From Heterodontus francisci (taxonomy: Eukaryota), in the NCBI RefSeq assembly GCF_036365525.1, contig NC_090387.1, positions 50,335,404-50,399,403 on the forward strand: a stretch of 64,000 nt of DNA, given 5' to 3'. The stretch's first letter is position 1; each line of letters begins with the position of its first letter. Positions 1-12,889 of the stretch are shown here, piece by piece. The translations under genes were made by a program, and so were the position numbers. Below the pieces are notes generated by a model that worked only from the letters and a program-made list of their open reading frames with translations, ran no database searches and was not told where the DNA came from.

Positions 1-316
1 ATTCAGGCTCAGTAGTGATAAACCCACTAACCGACAGTTTTCTGACCGACACTTGTTGTCCTGGTCTAGAATTGTCGCAAGGCAACTTCAGTGAGCTTGC
101 GCCATCAGGACAGAAGGCATTAAATAAAAGTAAAATTGGTGGAAGAAAACATACCATTTACTTAATGCAGTTATATCAAAGTATTGATTGCAGCTATGCA
201 ATCACCCTCAAATCTGAATGCAACAGATAAAGATAGCCTTTTTATATCACTGCAGTAGGAAAGCAGAGGGTAAGAATTACTGGCCACAATCCAGTTATAG
301 CATAAAGCATTACTAT

Positions 317-1024
317 GGCCTGAATTTGCAGTCATAATGATGATAGAACTGTCAGTGTTTGCCATCATTATTCCTCTGAAACTGACAGCAACTTCTGGAG
401 TCCTCACATGCGCAGAACGCAGAAATTGAGATGTTGCTGTCAGTAATTCTACGCTTCTCCAGAGTGTGTGCTGTTGAGGCACCCCCAAACTGCAATCAAT
501 GAAAATTAAATGAATTGACGAGAAATTCCAATCTTGCGCCAATAGTTTCGCTGTAAAACACGAAAAAAGTTACATCTTGTTAAATGAGGTGCAACTGGGT
601 TTTTAAATGATGTACTAACTTCATAATTATTACTAAAAACATCTGCACTGACCCTGTAAAGCTACTTTTATATGTGTGGAATATCAAATTTCTCCACAAT
701 AAAAATTTTCTATTTTAAAAATGTTTTAAAAAGTTTATTTATTTTAGTTTCTCGCGATCCATTTATTTCACTATCTGAAAATTTAAATTAAAAGTTAAAG
801 ATATTAAACGCTTTTAAGTTCCTGTTTGTGTGTGTGAATACTTCAACATCATTGACTGCCTACCTGCTTGCTGACAACACTGCTGCTGCATGCCAAGATA
901 TCCTCTCGACTTGGCACCAGATTTAAACTTCCATCAGTAAAGAAGAAAACCACGCCAGAGATTGCTAGATTTTGTGGGCAGCGTGGAGCGCCCTTGCTTA
1001 GCTGCTGACCACAAAATCTGGACC
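317..1024. mobile_element. Possible old MITE / non-autonomous DNA transposon
   Basis: Imperfect terminal inverted repeats GGCCTGAATTTGCAGTC / GACCACAAAATCTGGACC around an AT-rich centre. Confidence 0.4.
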
Positions 1025-3309
1025 AAAAACGTTCAACATAATAACCAAATACAACAAAGTCACAAATCAGCATCAAGTAGTGCTGAAAAATATTTTTCAT
1101 TTACCTGGATAAACACAAATTCATTAAGGACCTGCTATGCACAATCTCTTCCATTCCACTACACACAAATATAATTAACAGGCAACTTGGCTGCTTTGCT
1201 TTTGACAAAAATAACACGCAGCACCACACACTCATCATAGATAATAATTCATCTGCCTCTTTCAATGGATATATTTCCTCCTCATCCCAAACTCATGAAC
1301 CTAGAAGATTTGCTCTATGGACCAAGGTTTGCATGTTTGAATGAATGAGTGCTTCAGCGGCAGATGGGCTGAGGCTGGGGTGGAGACAATGTTATAGAGG
1401 CAGTCTTTGTAATGGAGAGGATATGGGGTTGGAAACTCAGCTCCAACAGGATGCCTTGCTTGTCAACAATTTGGTGACAGAAGAGGACAGAATCAACGAC
1501 AATGGCAGAGTTTATGGAATGGGTCAAAGACAATGGCTCTGGTTATCCCAAAGTTTAACTGAAGAAAACTGTGTCTCAGTCCAATAATGAATATCAGAGA
1601 AGCAATCTATTAGAATGTAACCCAAATCCAGAGTTTGGATCAGAACAGTGAAGGGATTTAGAACCTCCTCAGCTGACTCCACCAGGACCCATGGATGAAA
1701 ATTCCTAATCTGTAGCCTAGTTTATTTTCAGCTTCCTAAACTTCCCAGTATGCTTTTCCTTCCAATATTGAGTGTTGCCAGTCTGTTCGATTACACTTGG
1801 CAAGGACAGCTGCAAAATAATAATTTAGTAACTCTTCCTCAGACACCACTTCCCAATGGTTAACAGCCCGATGCACTTCTCTCCCTTTTGATGTACTTAA
1901 AGAACATCTACCGTCATTTATGTTATTTCTCTCATTCCCTCTGATCCATCAGGTTCTTGGCACAGTTCTTTGATTTTATAATTCTCCTTATTCTGTTCCT
2001 TCCCTCTACAGTTTTCAATTTGACATATGCATTCTCTTTCCCAATGTGTTCCATTACTACCTATTACATTCAAGTTGGTTTTATTTGCTTATTTGGTCCT
2101 CAACTGGGATAAACTGCTTCTGTAATGGAAAATGTGTTTCTTTAAAACACTCCCATTTCTCTCCCACACCCTTCCTTTTAAAGTGTTCTTATTTCATTCA
2201 GTTCACAAACTTTCATAGTTACAAAGTCGCTTTTCCTGAAATCCAATTAACAGTTTTTATTAGTTCAACTTTTAATTAATATTTTATTTGGCTTATTACT
2301 CTCTAATTATTACCTTTTCCTTGACATAAGCATATGTTTGATTGGAATAGTCCTAAAAGCTATTGTATTTGCATGGATACGAAATTCTCAGTGTAACATA
2401 ACAGCCAACACTTCCGTGAAAGTAATTTAAAAAGGTTGTTTGGTTTTATCTTGAATATGAACCTTCCCATGTTTCAATGAATCTAATATTGATCAATACA
2501 TCTGCTTACTAAAGACTAATAAAAAATAAATTCTATTTTAGATGTCATTTGAACTGAAGTTTTTGGACAGTTTTTTTAATATACTGTAGCAACTGACATC
2601 AAAGATGTCACCTTTCCAATTCCTTTTATAATGCTGTGAAAATATATTTTAGTCGAATGAACATCTGACAACTATACTCAACTTTATATTATACAATAGG
2701 GCCCATAATCTTTTCCCATTTTTGCAAATGTTCTGTTTTTGTTTCCTCTCTCTTGTCCTTTAAAAAGTGAGTCTCCCCAACCACCCTCAAATAATTCTCA
2801 TTGCAAAATACAGTCTGATCAGTGGCTATAAACATTTTCAATGCATTTCTGATTTGGAGATACTGCACCTTCTCATGAATTAGCAGTTATACAACACAAA
2901 ATCCTCAAACTGGTTGGTCTGGGATGCAGGATGAAAACAGAACTAGCAACAGGGCTGTTCTCTGGATTAGCCATGTCACAGGACTCAATATTGCTAGAAA
3001 AGTCTTCATCAAAATCTTCTATTCTTGCTTTGCAGCCAGGACGACAGAGAAGCACTTTGGTGGTGCAGAAGGAAAATTCACATTCTATTCACTGAAGAAT
3101 CAAGAAGCCAATTTGACCTTTACAATGGGATAAATATATGCAAGTCACTTCATCCAGTGTCAGTGCAATATCACAAGAACATAAAACACTCCTCCTTCAC
3201 CACCCCCAAAGTCATGGGTGCATTCGTGCCCATGCTCCAGACCAACATCTCGTTATTACAAATGTAATTAGATCATTGTTCCGTCATCCCAGAATAAATT
3301 TCTTCATAC

Positions 3310-6300
3310 CTGGGCAAGGATTCTCTTGGAATGTTGTACTCTGCTGTTGCAAAAGAACTGGAGAGGAGGAAGAGAAAGAAAACAGATAAGAGGAGTCAAT
3401 TTCTAGGCCTTGGCTGTACTTTCCATTAATTAGCCAATAACCTCATTCTCTGCATGATTAGAGGGCAGTGTTTGATCAGAAACCTAAAGACACAGAACAA
3501 GATAGTTATCCAAAAAGTCAAAAGTTGAAGAAAATGGGCAATATGGATTCACTTTTCAGGACATATGGTAATCCAATTATATTTGTTTGTCCCTACTTAA
3601 TAGATTAGTGGTTTGGAATCCTTAAATAAGCCAACGAATTTTCAATGTAGGACCACAAAATTCTTTTCAGCATCAGCTAACAATATTGTAATGATGGACT
3701 CCTAGATTACTAAACTATGACCTTCAAACATCAGAAAGTGTCACTAAACTTTAGAACATTGAGTATTACTTCATTTAAACATTTGTGTCAGAGTTAAAAC
3801 TAGATATCTTAATAGACTTTTCTGGGATAATAGGCATTTTTAAAAACTCTCCTTACCTTCCATCTGGACTGGGTCTGTGTGATAGACCTCCCCTAGGCTT
3901 TATCCAAGCAGACATCTTAACCACTTTTTATTTCTGAAGATAAAGAAAATATTGCTTAAAGCTTTTACTGTAATAGTTGCAAGGAAGTAAATGGTCTATT
4001 GGCACAGGCTCCATTTGGAATTCATCCAATACCCTCATTCCTTCTGTTGCCTTTAATGCTTCCAGCAACACTTAACTGTAAAGGAACTGTGTGATAGCAA
4101 AACGAAGCCTAGCCAAGCGCAGGATGCTAAACAGAGCAACATACACCCAGGCTCCAAATACACACTTACAATTAGATACATAAACTTGCTATCCTTCAAA
4201 AATGTAAATTGGTAATATAACCAATGTAAGTGGGTTGCCTTAAACAGGGCCAAAAAGCAGCTGCATCATTTTAAAATGAAACCCAGAAAGGCACTGGACA
4301 TGCTGCAGCATCTTACTAATACTTCAGTGACAACATGCACTTTCAAAGGCACATGGGAGCAATAATGTACATCAAAATTATCTGCTTTCTATTGATTTAC
4401 TCCTGACCTGGCTATACGGTCACAGTAACTTTGAAGTCTATACTAGAATAATTAACACACAAGTCCTATCTGTAGCCAGGATCAGTGGAAGCTACAGTAG
4501 CAAACAAGACACAACCCACCGTCAAGCTTTCATGCTCACATGGGGGACATAGTTGTTTTGAGAAACATGTAGCAATGTTAAAATGCATTAGTTAAACCAA
4601 ACCATACCAGACTTGGTAATGAGCTCCACAGGTCATATCTCCCCTTTTATTGCTAAATGAATAACTTGCAAGCAAATGAGCATTTAAGGTTTCTGTACGA
4701 ATGAATAAATTTGTTTCAGGAAATAATTCCAGGATTCAAATGGCACTCAACCATCTGTCTGAGTTATCAAGATATAAAAAACAATCTGATGAGGTGTCAA
4801 TTTGTTCTTCAATAAAGCCAGGGCAAACGTATGCGATAATGGTCACTTTCTTCTGAAGGAGCGTAACACCAAATTAAGAGGTCACAAGTAATGTGCAGAG
4901 TTGTGGCAAATACTTCAGCTTGCATTACACTGGTAGGTTATTACTTCAACTCTGGAGCTTAAAACAAAATTATTTTTGCAACATCTTCAAGACAAGTAAA
5001 ATCTTCCCAATCCAATATGTTCACTGTTTTTGATTTTCAGCAGCTCCAACGGCTGACACAATCTACTGATCTAAAACTATTACAGCATCAAGCAGTATTT
5101 TCCAACTGCGAAATTTCTAAATCTAAATAGGAAGATTCTTAATGTTCTTAACGTACCCCCAAACTTTGCAACAAGTAACACTGAATAAACCCATGTGTTA
5201 TTTAGTACACTGATATGTCTCCATTTTCACATTTTTTCAGATGTTAAATCCTTGTGCGAAACACAGTTATAGTAACAATCTCATGTGCTCTACAGCTTAA
5301 ATTTAAAATTCAATTTATTTATAATTGTATTTGTTTTGAATTCCCCTAGCAAGGGCATTGCCCTACAATGCAAAATTTTGGGACACCAGATAACTGGAAA
5401 TTTCCAATATTTAGTGGCAGCAGCAGCAGGGGGGGGAGGGGGGATGGCTTCTATGCTAAGAGTTCCCACTGTAGTCAAACTGAAATGTACAGATTTGGTC
5501 ATTAGTGGTATCATCGAATCATATTTTGCTAATTTCTGAAAATGGAACAGTGCATTAAAGCTGATTTAATGTTTCCAATCAAAGCTGATTACCAATACAT
5601 TCAAAATTGTAATCCCACTATAGTCTGTTTTTCCTTGTTGCTTCTTTGAATTTGTAAATTATACTCACAACAAAAGATACTTTTCTTGCTGACCCTTCAA
5701 ATAATTTCCCAAATGACAAGACCTATTGCCAAATATTTACTGATGCCCACATCAAGGGCAACTAGGAAATCCACAGTAGCCCAAATTCTCTTTTTTCATG
5801 GACAAGGGACGAAAAGGACTTCATTTTCCAAATCCTAGCTGCATCTGGGAATTTGGCTGGTGATAAGACGATAGAGAAAAAAGCAACCTAAAGGAACACG
5901 TGGCCTACTATAATCTGTGTGTTGCAACATTAATGCTGTCTTTTTTTTTAAATACAGTGTGTTATAGCAAGAATTATGTATAATCTATCAACCATGTTCC
6001 TGATTAATTTCTTTATCAGATCACCATGTTTCACTTGAATTTGCTGCATGAATTTTAGATTGGATGCATCTGCAGCTTATTTATTTTTCACTAAATTTTC
6101 CCTTTTTGTTTGAGATTGTCTGGACCTTTATTGTGCGTTTCACCCAACACCCTCATAATTTGCATATATCTATCTAACAGTCAATTAAGCACTTGCCAGT
6201 CTTTTAATCCACTAACTCTTGTTTGTGACTGGTGGATCCATCAATTCTCCGTCCTCCTACCTATTTTTTCCAAACCTTTACTAAAGTGCTCCCAATTCTG

Positions 6301-8545
6301 ACACTAGTCAGCCTTTAAGTTTTGCCTGCAAATATTTTCAGTCTTCAGTTCTGATTAAACATACACACCTGCAACATCATGGCTTGCCATTTCTCTTTGC
6401 AGATGCTGACTGACCTGTGAATTTCTAGAAGTTTCAATTTTTAATTTCAAATCTCCAGCATTTGCTTTTTTGAGAAAAAAAAACACAAAAAAGCCTAACG
6501 TTGAAAATGAAACTTGGCAATGTTCTTCATTTGCAGGGAATGCAAACTAAAATTGACTCAAGAGTATATCAAGGGTTTCCTCTAGTATTTTAATGAGGAA
6601 ACTAAAGAAACCTTTCCTGTATAAATAATAACCTTCAATAGATATGAGCAGACGACGTGCCGAAGGACAACAAACCAACTAGCATCTCCAATCACTTTTT
6701 CTTACTACAGGAATTATAACAGAACTTTGGTAAACACAATTCAAATGTGAAAGATGGTTTTAAACTAGGGAAATGTTTGAAAGCTTAACTTCTGTATGAT
6801 ATGTTGGCATACACTGAAATTCTCAAGAAGTCTGTTTTCCTGAAGGCACTGATACACAATACACTCTCTTCCAAATGGCTAATTTTCCTCATGTGCCCTA
6901 GACAGCGAGGAAAGAAAAGCAAGTTCAGTCATAATTTCACTCATAACACCAGAAATACCATGACCAAATGTAACTGCTTTACTTCCATCAGCTAACTCAC
7001 CACAGTCCAGGAAATCAAACTTATTTGTTTGGAAAGGTCTATTGCCAATACCAACTAAGCCAATTGAAGGTCCAGAAGTCTTGTTTTAAAAGTAGTTTCA
7101 CTTCAATAATTATGTACCTATAAATGTCTTGATAATCAAAGTTGGAATTATGCCCAAACAAGTGCCAGTCATACCAGAATAGATACAAGGTTACATTTCA
7201 TGTTACATGACAAAGAACTTTAATTCATCTGGATATCAAAAATTGCCAAACACACACACTTAAAAATGCACACAACCCACAAAGGATTAAAACTACAACC
7301 AGCAGAACTCACCTTCTGAAAGATTATATAAATGAAATCTTCTCAATTTACACTGTTGAATCTTTGAGCTTTGTCAAACAGTGGCGAACAGAGATGAAAG
7401 TGGCAACAAAAGAGAATTAAACATAAATGTCAATCTACAGTTTCTCTTATAAAAGCAAAATACTGCGGATGCTGGAAATCTGAAATAAAAACAAGAAATG
7501 CTGGAACCACTCAGCAGGTCTGGCAGCATCTGTGGAAAGAGAAGCAGAGTTAACGTTTCAGGTCAGTAACCCTTCATCGGAACTTGGGTCACTGACCCGA
7601 AACGTTAACTCTGCTTCTCTTTCCACAGATGCTGCCAGACCTGAGTGGTCCCAGCATTTCTTGTTTTTATTACTGTTTCTCTTTACAGGTTTAACTGACC
7701 TGAGAAGCTCCAACATTTTGTTTTAATTTCAGATCAACATTTACAATTTTGTTGTTTATGAAATGTATCAAATACTTTTCTATACTTATTTTACACGGCT
7801 TTATTTTTTAAAAGATTACTTCGGAATGTAGGAAATCGTTAACATTTTGCGTGCAAATGCGTGAACCCATCCAATACAAGCTGAGCTACGTGTGTATTAA
7901 CGGCGCTGCTTTTGGTGACTATTTTTCTCGACAGTAGTTTATCAACAACAATTAAAAAAAACTCATTAAACGGGCGTCTTCACAACATGGCTACAGACAT
8001 TGGGCTAAATAAAAGTTTGCGATAAGAAACCGTCTCTTCCATGAGCGAGATTTACATGAATCGGGCAACGGGCCTAGTGGAGCAACAAAAGCCGCCGACA
8101 GCGCGGGGTGAGGAGAAAGGAGCGGGGGACTAAGGACGAGAAAGGCCGGCCAGGCCCAGCCACGCCTCCCCGCCCTTAGACTGACCAAGAGGCCCTGGGG
8201 CTTCCATCTAGAACAGCACGGTGACGGCAGCAACAGCGCCTGGGCCTGGACCGGGCCTCGCCGCCCTACAAAGTAACAAAGGAAGATTTACAGTCCAGGT
8301 AAAACCCGAGCAGGCGCAGCCAGGCAAAACGAAAACAAAATGAAACTAAAGACTTATGGCCCAGGTGACGGCGATTCTGCCGCCCTCCAAGTGGAGGGAG
8401 GAGGGGGGGAAGAACCCCCTCCCGCCGCCCTCCAAGTGGAAAGGGGGGGGGAGAACCCCTCAGATTAAAACAAAACTGCGATTCACCTCCTGCCGCTCTC
8501 GCTCTCCTCGGCCGTCAAGCTGAACCGGAACCAGAAACACGACCC
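3310..8545 (-). ncRNA. Putative divergent spliced transcript (lncRNA or 5' UTR exons) from the CNEP1R1 CpG island
   Basis: Minus-strand donor GAG|GTGAAT at 8486 inside the island; AAG|GTGAGT at 7312; strong acceptor ttttctttctcttcctcctctccag at 3358 followed by CAG|GTATGA at 3309. No recognisable protein. Confidence 0.35.
7450..7670. repeat. Fold-back pair of the hammerhead-bearing Penelope-type terminal repeat
   Basis: 7450-7584 is followed by an inverted copy at 7586-7670. Minus strand reads AGTT-CCGATGA-AGGGTTACTGACCT-GAAA-CG-TTA-ACT. Confidence 0.8.
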
Positions 8546-8707
8546 GACCCACGCACCGCCCCTTCACTTTTTCCCACCAATCAGGTTGCTCTTTACATGG
8601 AGGCTTCTGGCCGCTGCGAACGACCAATTAACTGTGGCCTCTGGAGACGGTGGGAGGGGGAACGGTAGGGGTGAATGGTGAGCCCGGGGCGGCTGGTGAT
8701 TGTGATG

Positions 8708-8732
8708 ATGAATTCTCTGGAACAAGCCGAAG
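8708..8732 (+). CDS. CNEP1R1: CNEP1R1 coding exon 1 (MNSLEQAE)
   Basis: ATG at 8708, with an in-frame ATG also at 8705; donor AG|GTAAAT at 8733. Confidence 0.95.
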
Positions 8733-8829
8733 GTAAATGGTGGGGAGTGGGGTTAGTAGAGGGTTTGTAGAGCCGGGCCGGATTATACTGTGTAGCAGGC
8801 GCGACATGGGTGTGTGTTTTGTATTGCAG

Positions 8830-8901
8830 ATCTCAAGGCTTTCGAGAGAAGGCTGACCGAATACATCTCCTGCTTACAGCCAGCGACAGGGCGGTGGCGA
8901 A
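8830..8901 (+). CDS. CNEP1R1: CNEP1R1 coding exon 2 ([24 protein letters not shown])
   Basis: Acceptor ttgcag at 8829; donor A|GTGAGT at 8902; phase 1/1. Confidence 0.97.
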
Positions 8902-9059
8902 GTGAGTATCCGGGTGCGTGTGTGCTCATTGGAGGGGGAGAGGGAGAGGAGGAGGAGGAGGAGGGGTGGGGGTAGTGGGTGAGAGTTGTACTTCTATATG
9001 CAATTTAATGGAGGGGACACCCCCACAGCAGCATCAATTGGTCCCATTAAACGTGCTTA

Positions 9060-9194
9060 CAAAAGCAAAATATTGTGGATGCTGGAAATTTGAAATCAAA
9101 ACAGAAAATGCTGGTGTAACCTGAAACGTTAACTCTTTTTCTCTACAGATTCTGCCAGACCTGCTGAGTGTTTCCAGCATTTTCTGTTTTTGTT
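9060..9194. repeat. Fold-back pair of the same repeat (both arms truncated)
   Basis: aaaagcaaaatattgtggatgctgg... followed by acctgaaacgttaactct...ccagcattttctgttttt. Confidence 0.75.
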
Positions 9195-9359
9195 CCCATT
9201 AAGCAGCCTGCAGGTTGCTCTATAGCTGGGGAAATGTAGTAGATTGAAAAGGTCATTATAATCGCAATGATCTGGTACAACACCTTGTTTTTATTAATGT
9301 ACGGCAACTGAAATAATGTACTAGTAAGGTGGCAACTACAAGGGGAAAAATCGCTAGGA

Positions 9360-10612
9360 TCTGGCAATCTTGTACAGTATCTATCAGTTCTTTGAGGATA
9401 TAACAAGCAGAGTGGATAAAGGGGAACCAGTAGATGTAGTGTATTTGGATTTTCAGAAGGCTTTCGATAAGGTGCGACATAAAAGGTTGTTGCACAAAAT
9501 AAGAGTTCAGGGTATTGGGGATAATGTGTTGGCATGGATTGAGGATTGGCTAACACACAGAAGGCAGAGAGTCTGGATTAATGGGTCTTTTTCAGGTTGG
9601 AAAGCCGTACCTAGTGGGTTGCAACAAGGATCTGTCCCAGGGCCTCAATTATTTACTATCTATATTAATGACTCGGAGGAAGGGACAGAGTGTAGTGTAT
9701 CCATATTTGCGAACGATACAAAAATGGTTGGGAAGGCATGTTGTGATGAGGACACAAAGAATCTGCAAAGGGATATAGATAGGTTAAGTGAGTAGGCAAA
9801 AACTTGGCAGATGGAGTTCAGTGTGGGAAAGTGTGAGGTCATCCATTTGGTAGGAAGAATAAAAAGACAGATTATTTAGATGGAGTAAGACTACAATATA
9901 CTGCAGTACAGAGGGATCTGGGTGTTCTTGTACATGAAACACAAAAAGTTAGCATACAGGAAGTATGTAATTAGGAAGGCAAATGGAATTTTGGCCTTTA
10001 TTGCTAGGGGGTTAGAGTTTAAAAGTAGAGAAGTCTGTTACAACTGTACAGGGTGTTGGTGAGGCCACACCTGGAGTACTGCATATAGTTTTAGACCCTG
10101 TATTTAAGGAAGGATATACTAGCATTGGAGGCAGTTCAGAAAAGGTTCACTAGGCTGATTCCTGGGATGAAGGGGTTGTCTTATCAAGAACGGCTAAGGT
10201 TAGGCCTTTATTCATTGGAGTTAAGAAAAGTGAGAGGTTATCTTATTGAAACATATAAGATTCTAAGAGAGTTTGACAGGGTAGATGTTGAGAATATGTT
10301 TCCACTGGTGGGGGAATTTTGAACTAGGGGACATAGTTACAGAATAAGGGTTCACACATTTAAAACTGAGATGCAAAGGAATTTCTTCTCTCAGAGGGTG
10401 GTGAATCTCTGGAATTCTCTACCTCACAGTTGTGGAGACTAGGTCACTAAACGTATTTAAGGAGGATGTATATAGATTTTTGAAATCTCGGGGAGTCGAG
10501 GGTTATGCGGAGCAGGCCCAAAAGAGGAGTTGAGGCCTGGGATAAATCAGCCACGATCTTATTGAATGGCGGGGCTGAATGGCCTACTCCTGCTCCTATT
10601 GCTTATGATCTT
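9360..10612 (+). mobile_element. CR1 LINE, 5'-truncated
   Basis: RT motifs VYLDFQKAFDKV, QGSVPGP and FANDTK; typical 3' tail ggcctactcctgctcct. Confidence 0.92.
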
Positions 10613-11499
10613 ATCTACGTAGTTAGGTGCTAAAAAGACAATCACTGGGAAGCTAATTTTAATGATTTGGGTGTGGTCTCTATTAAGTTTGCATTTTTAA
10701 ACTAACTTGCATACAGATCATTGCAGCAAGCAGAATAATCAGATCGGCATAACAAAGGTACCAAAAGACAATTACAAGTTTTTAAAACCCTTCATGGAAT
10801 GCAAAATGGAGGGACATAGTTGTCTCATGTACAAGAGAAAGGGAGAGATAGCTGCAATTAAATCTACAAGCCTCCCCCATTGCATTTCATTTTCTCCTGA
10901 AATATATCGACCTGCATATAGATCCCAATATATTGGACCGTATGAAACATGCCATACAGTTAAATATTTGTGTGTGGTTGGACGAGAGCTTCTGGAAAAT
11001 GGATCATTAGGGATTGGTCTGTTATAAACATCTGTACTTTGTGTTTTAAATATTTCTTTAAGTGGAGGAATTGTATTGTATTTATTAACAATCCTAACTT
11101 TTCTACATGTAGATTTGTGCCTCACTCCTCTCAGTTTCTGGGTTCCAAGCTAGCAAGTGGATGGTCAAAGGTTCTGAGCAGACATTTTGTTTGGTATTAT
11201 GACTTTAAGTGCTGCTTATAGCTCTTCTTTGGCAGCATGAGCTAGGACAAAGCCAGCCCCGAGCCTCTTCGTAACCAGCAATTTAATAGTGTAATGATGA
11301 TGAGGAAGGATTTTGATAAATATAGGTATTTCCTGTTCCCTCGTTTATAATATCTTGGATTATGTGGCAATTCAGTAGGTTACCGTTGGCTTCCTCTTTC
11401 CAGTCCAGCCCCAAACACAAACTATGAATTTTTCTAATTGCTAAGCTACACAGTGGCTGGATGGATGTCTCATTTCAGTATCTCAGATATAAGCAAGTA

Positions 11500-11850
11500 T
11501 TTAGCTTGGTGAACATACCTAATTAATATATGAGCCATACAGACATGCAAGATACAAGTTTCAATTCCTGGAGCTTCATTGTCCCTAATTATGGATGGGA
11601 AAATCAACCAGGATTTCTTCTCCTAACCAGTATTCAGTGACACTTGCTAAAGTATAATGGTGTGAACTTCGCATAAGGGCAATGTTAGGTTTGACTGTAA
11701 TTTCCTACTGCCTTAAAGTGCTTCAAAAGCCTGTTCTTTGTCAAAAATTATTTTGAGATTCATCAATAAATCATGACCACATGGGCAAAATAACTAGGTT
11801 CACCAGTGCCGTGGGACTCCACCCCATCAAGAAGCCAGACCATCAGGTAA
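11500..11850 (+). mobile_element. LF-SINE-like ancient SINE
   Basis: gagccatacagac...tttcaattcctgg...gggaaaatcaaccagg...tattcagtgac resembles the LF-SINE consensus as remembered; related pieces at about 14195-14275 and 61350-61510. Confidence 0.5.
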
Positions 11851-12815
11851 AAAGGGTTTCAGCAAAAATTTAGAAAAGGAATTGCTTTGAAGTAATCCAT
11901 GAAATCTAATGAATCACCTCTGAATCTGTGAATTGCCACTTTTTGAAAATACACAGCCAAGTTTATAATAGGGACATCAGAACAACCCACATGTCTCCAA
12001 AGAGCTTGCTAATTGCAACTATGTCTTCCACAGAGAAGCTTATTCTGACAAGTTTAATATTTATTAACAATGTGCAGTAGTAGTAAGGGCCTGCCAAATA
12101 CTTTTTTCATAAGCCTGTATACAGCATTGGTGCTGAGCAGTGTTGCAGTTAGGGCTGCTTTGCTTTATTTGTGCTCAACACAGAAACAAACTTCATAGAT
12201 ATGCCTATGCATTGTCTAAACCAAAACTTGATCTTAATGTGTAAAATATCTCAGATAGCTTTGTTTCAGGGCAAACAACGAACCCCTCTACCATTGGGTT
12301 ATGCACTAGAAATTATTTGACCAGCTCCAAGTTGGTAGAAAACATCAGGCTGGCAGACTGTGTAGCTGTCTGGATCATTAAGAAAACAATTACACTGATG
12401 TAAGAATTAAATCAGAATTATTTAAAAATACAGTCTTAATTCTCTATTTTAAAACATTTTTTACTGAAATAAATATCTTTTGATAGGCTTACTCATGAAT
12501 GTGTGCCATTGTACTCATAGCGCCCTGGATTCTGTCCTTCACAAAGACAACTCTTTGCCAGAAAGCAGCCACAGAAACCATTTTTAAATTATTACAATGG
12601 TAGGAATAGCTGCAACTTCAATTAAAATATATTGAGATGCCAAGGATTTGAAAGAATGGATCCTCATGTCTCTCACTCACAGTTAAAGATTTCTTAAAAT
12701 AACTATGATAAGTGCATTTAGAATTTTATTTTCCTTGGAATACAAATTGCTGCTGTCTTAGTGAACCACATCCATTAAAAATAATTGGTACCTGAATTCA
12801 ACTTTTTGTTTGCAG

Positions 12816-12889
12816 TGATTCTCATAGTTGTTTCAGTGTGTACTGCCACAGGTGCCTGGAACTGGTTAATAGATCCTGAAACACAAAAG
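12816..12889 (+). CDS. CNEP1R1: CNEP1R1 coding exon 3 ([25 protein letters not shown])
   Basis: Acceptor ttttgtttgcag; donor AAG|GTAATT. Confidence 0.97.

Larger units (their letters stand above)
7950..8950. promoter_or_regulatory. CpG island / promoter of CNEP1R1, probably bidirectional
   Basis: Sharp rise in GC and CpG. CCAAT boxes at about 8577 and 8624, an ETS-like CCGGAA at about 8525, and GC-box-like tracts. Confidence 0.85.

Noticed and set aside
2873-3055. Minus-strand 60-aa ORF with an acidic stretch (EDFDEDFSS)
   Set aside because: No ATG start, no convincing flanking splice sites, and no recognisable homology; probably a chance ORF.
15-7300. Numerous 60-120 aa ORFs in the left part of the window
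   Set aside because: Mostly non-ATG starts, AT-rich composition, and no homology or coherent exon chain.
7450-7670. Long hairpins (also 29688-29893) as pre-miRNA or as MITEs with TIRs
   Set aside because: The arms are unequal, each arm also occurs alone elsewhere, and no consistent TSD is visible; inverted retroelement ends explain them better.
8379-8440. CCACTTGGAGGGCGGC (minus strand, twice) as CTCF sites
   Set aside because: There is one extra base relative to the CTCF core spacing, so it was not called.
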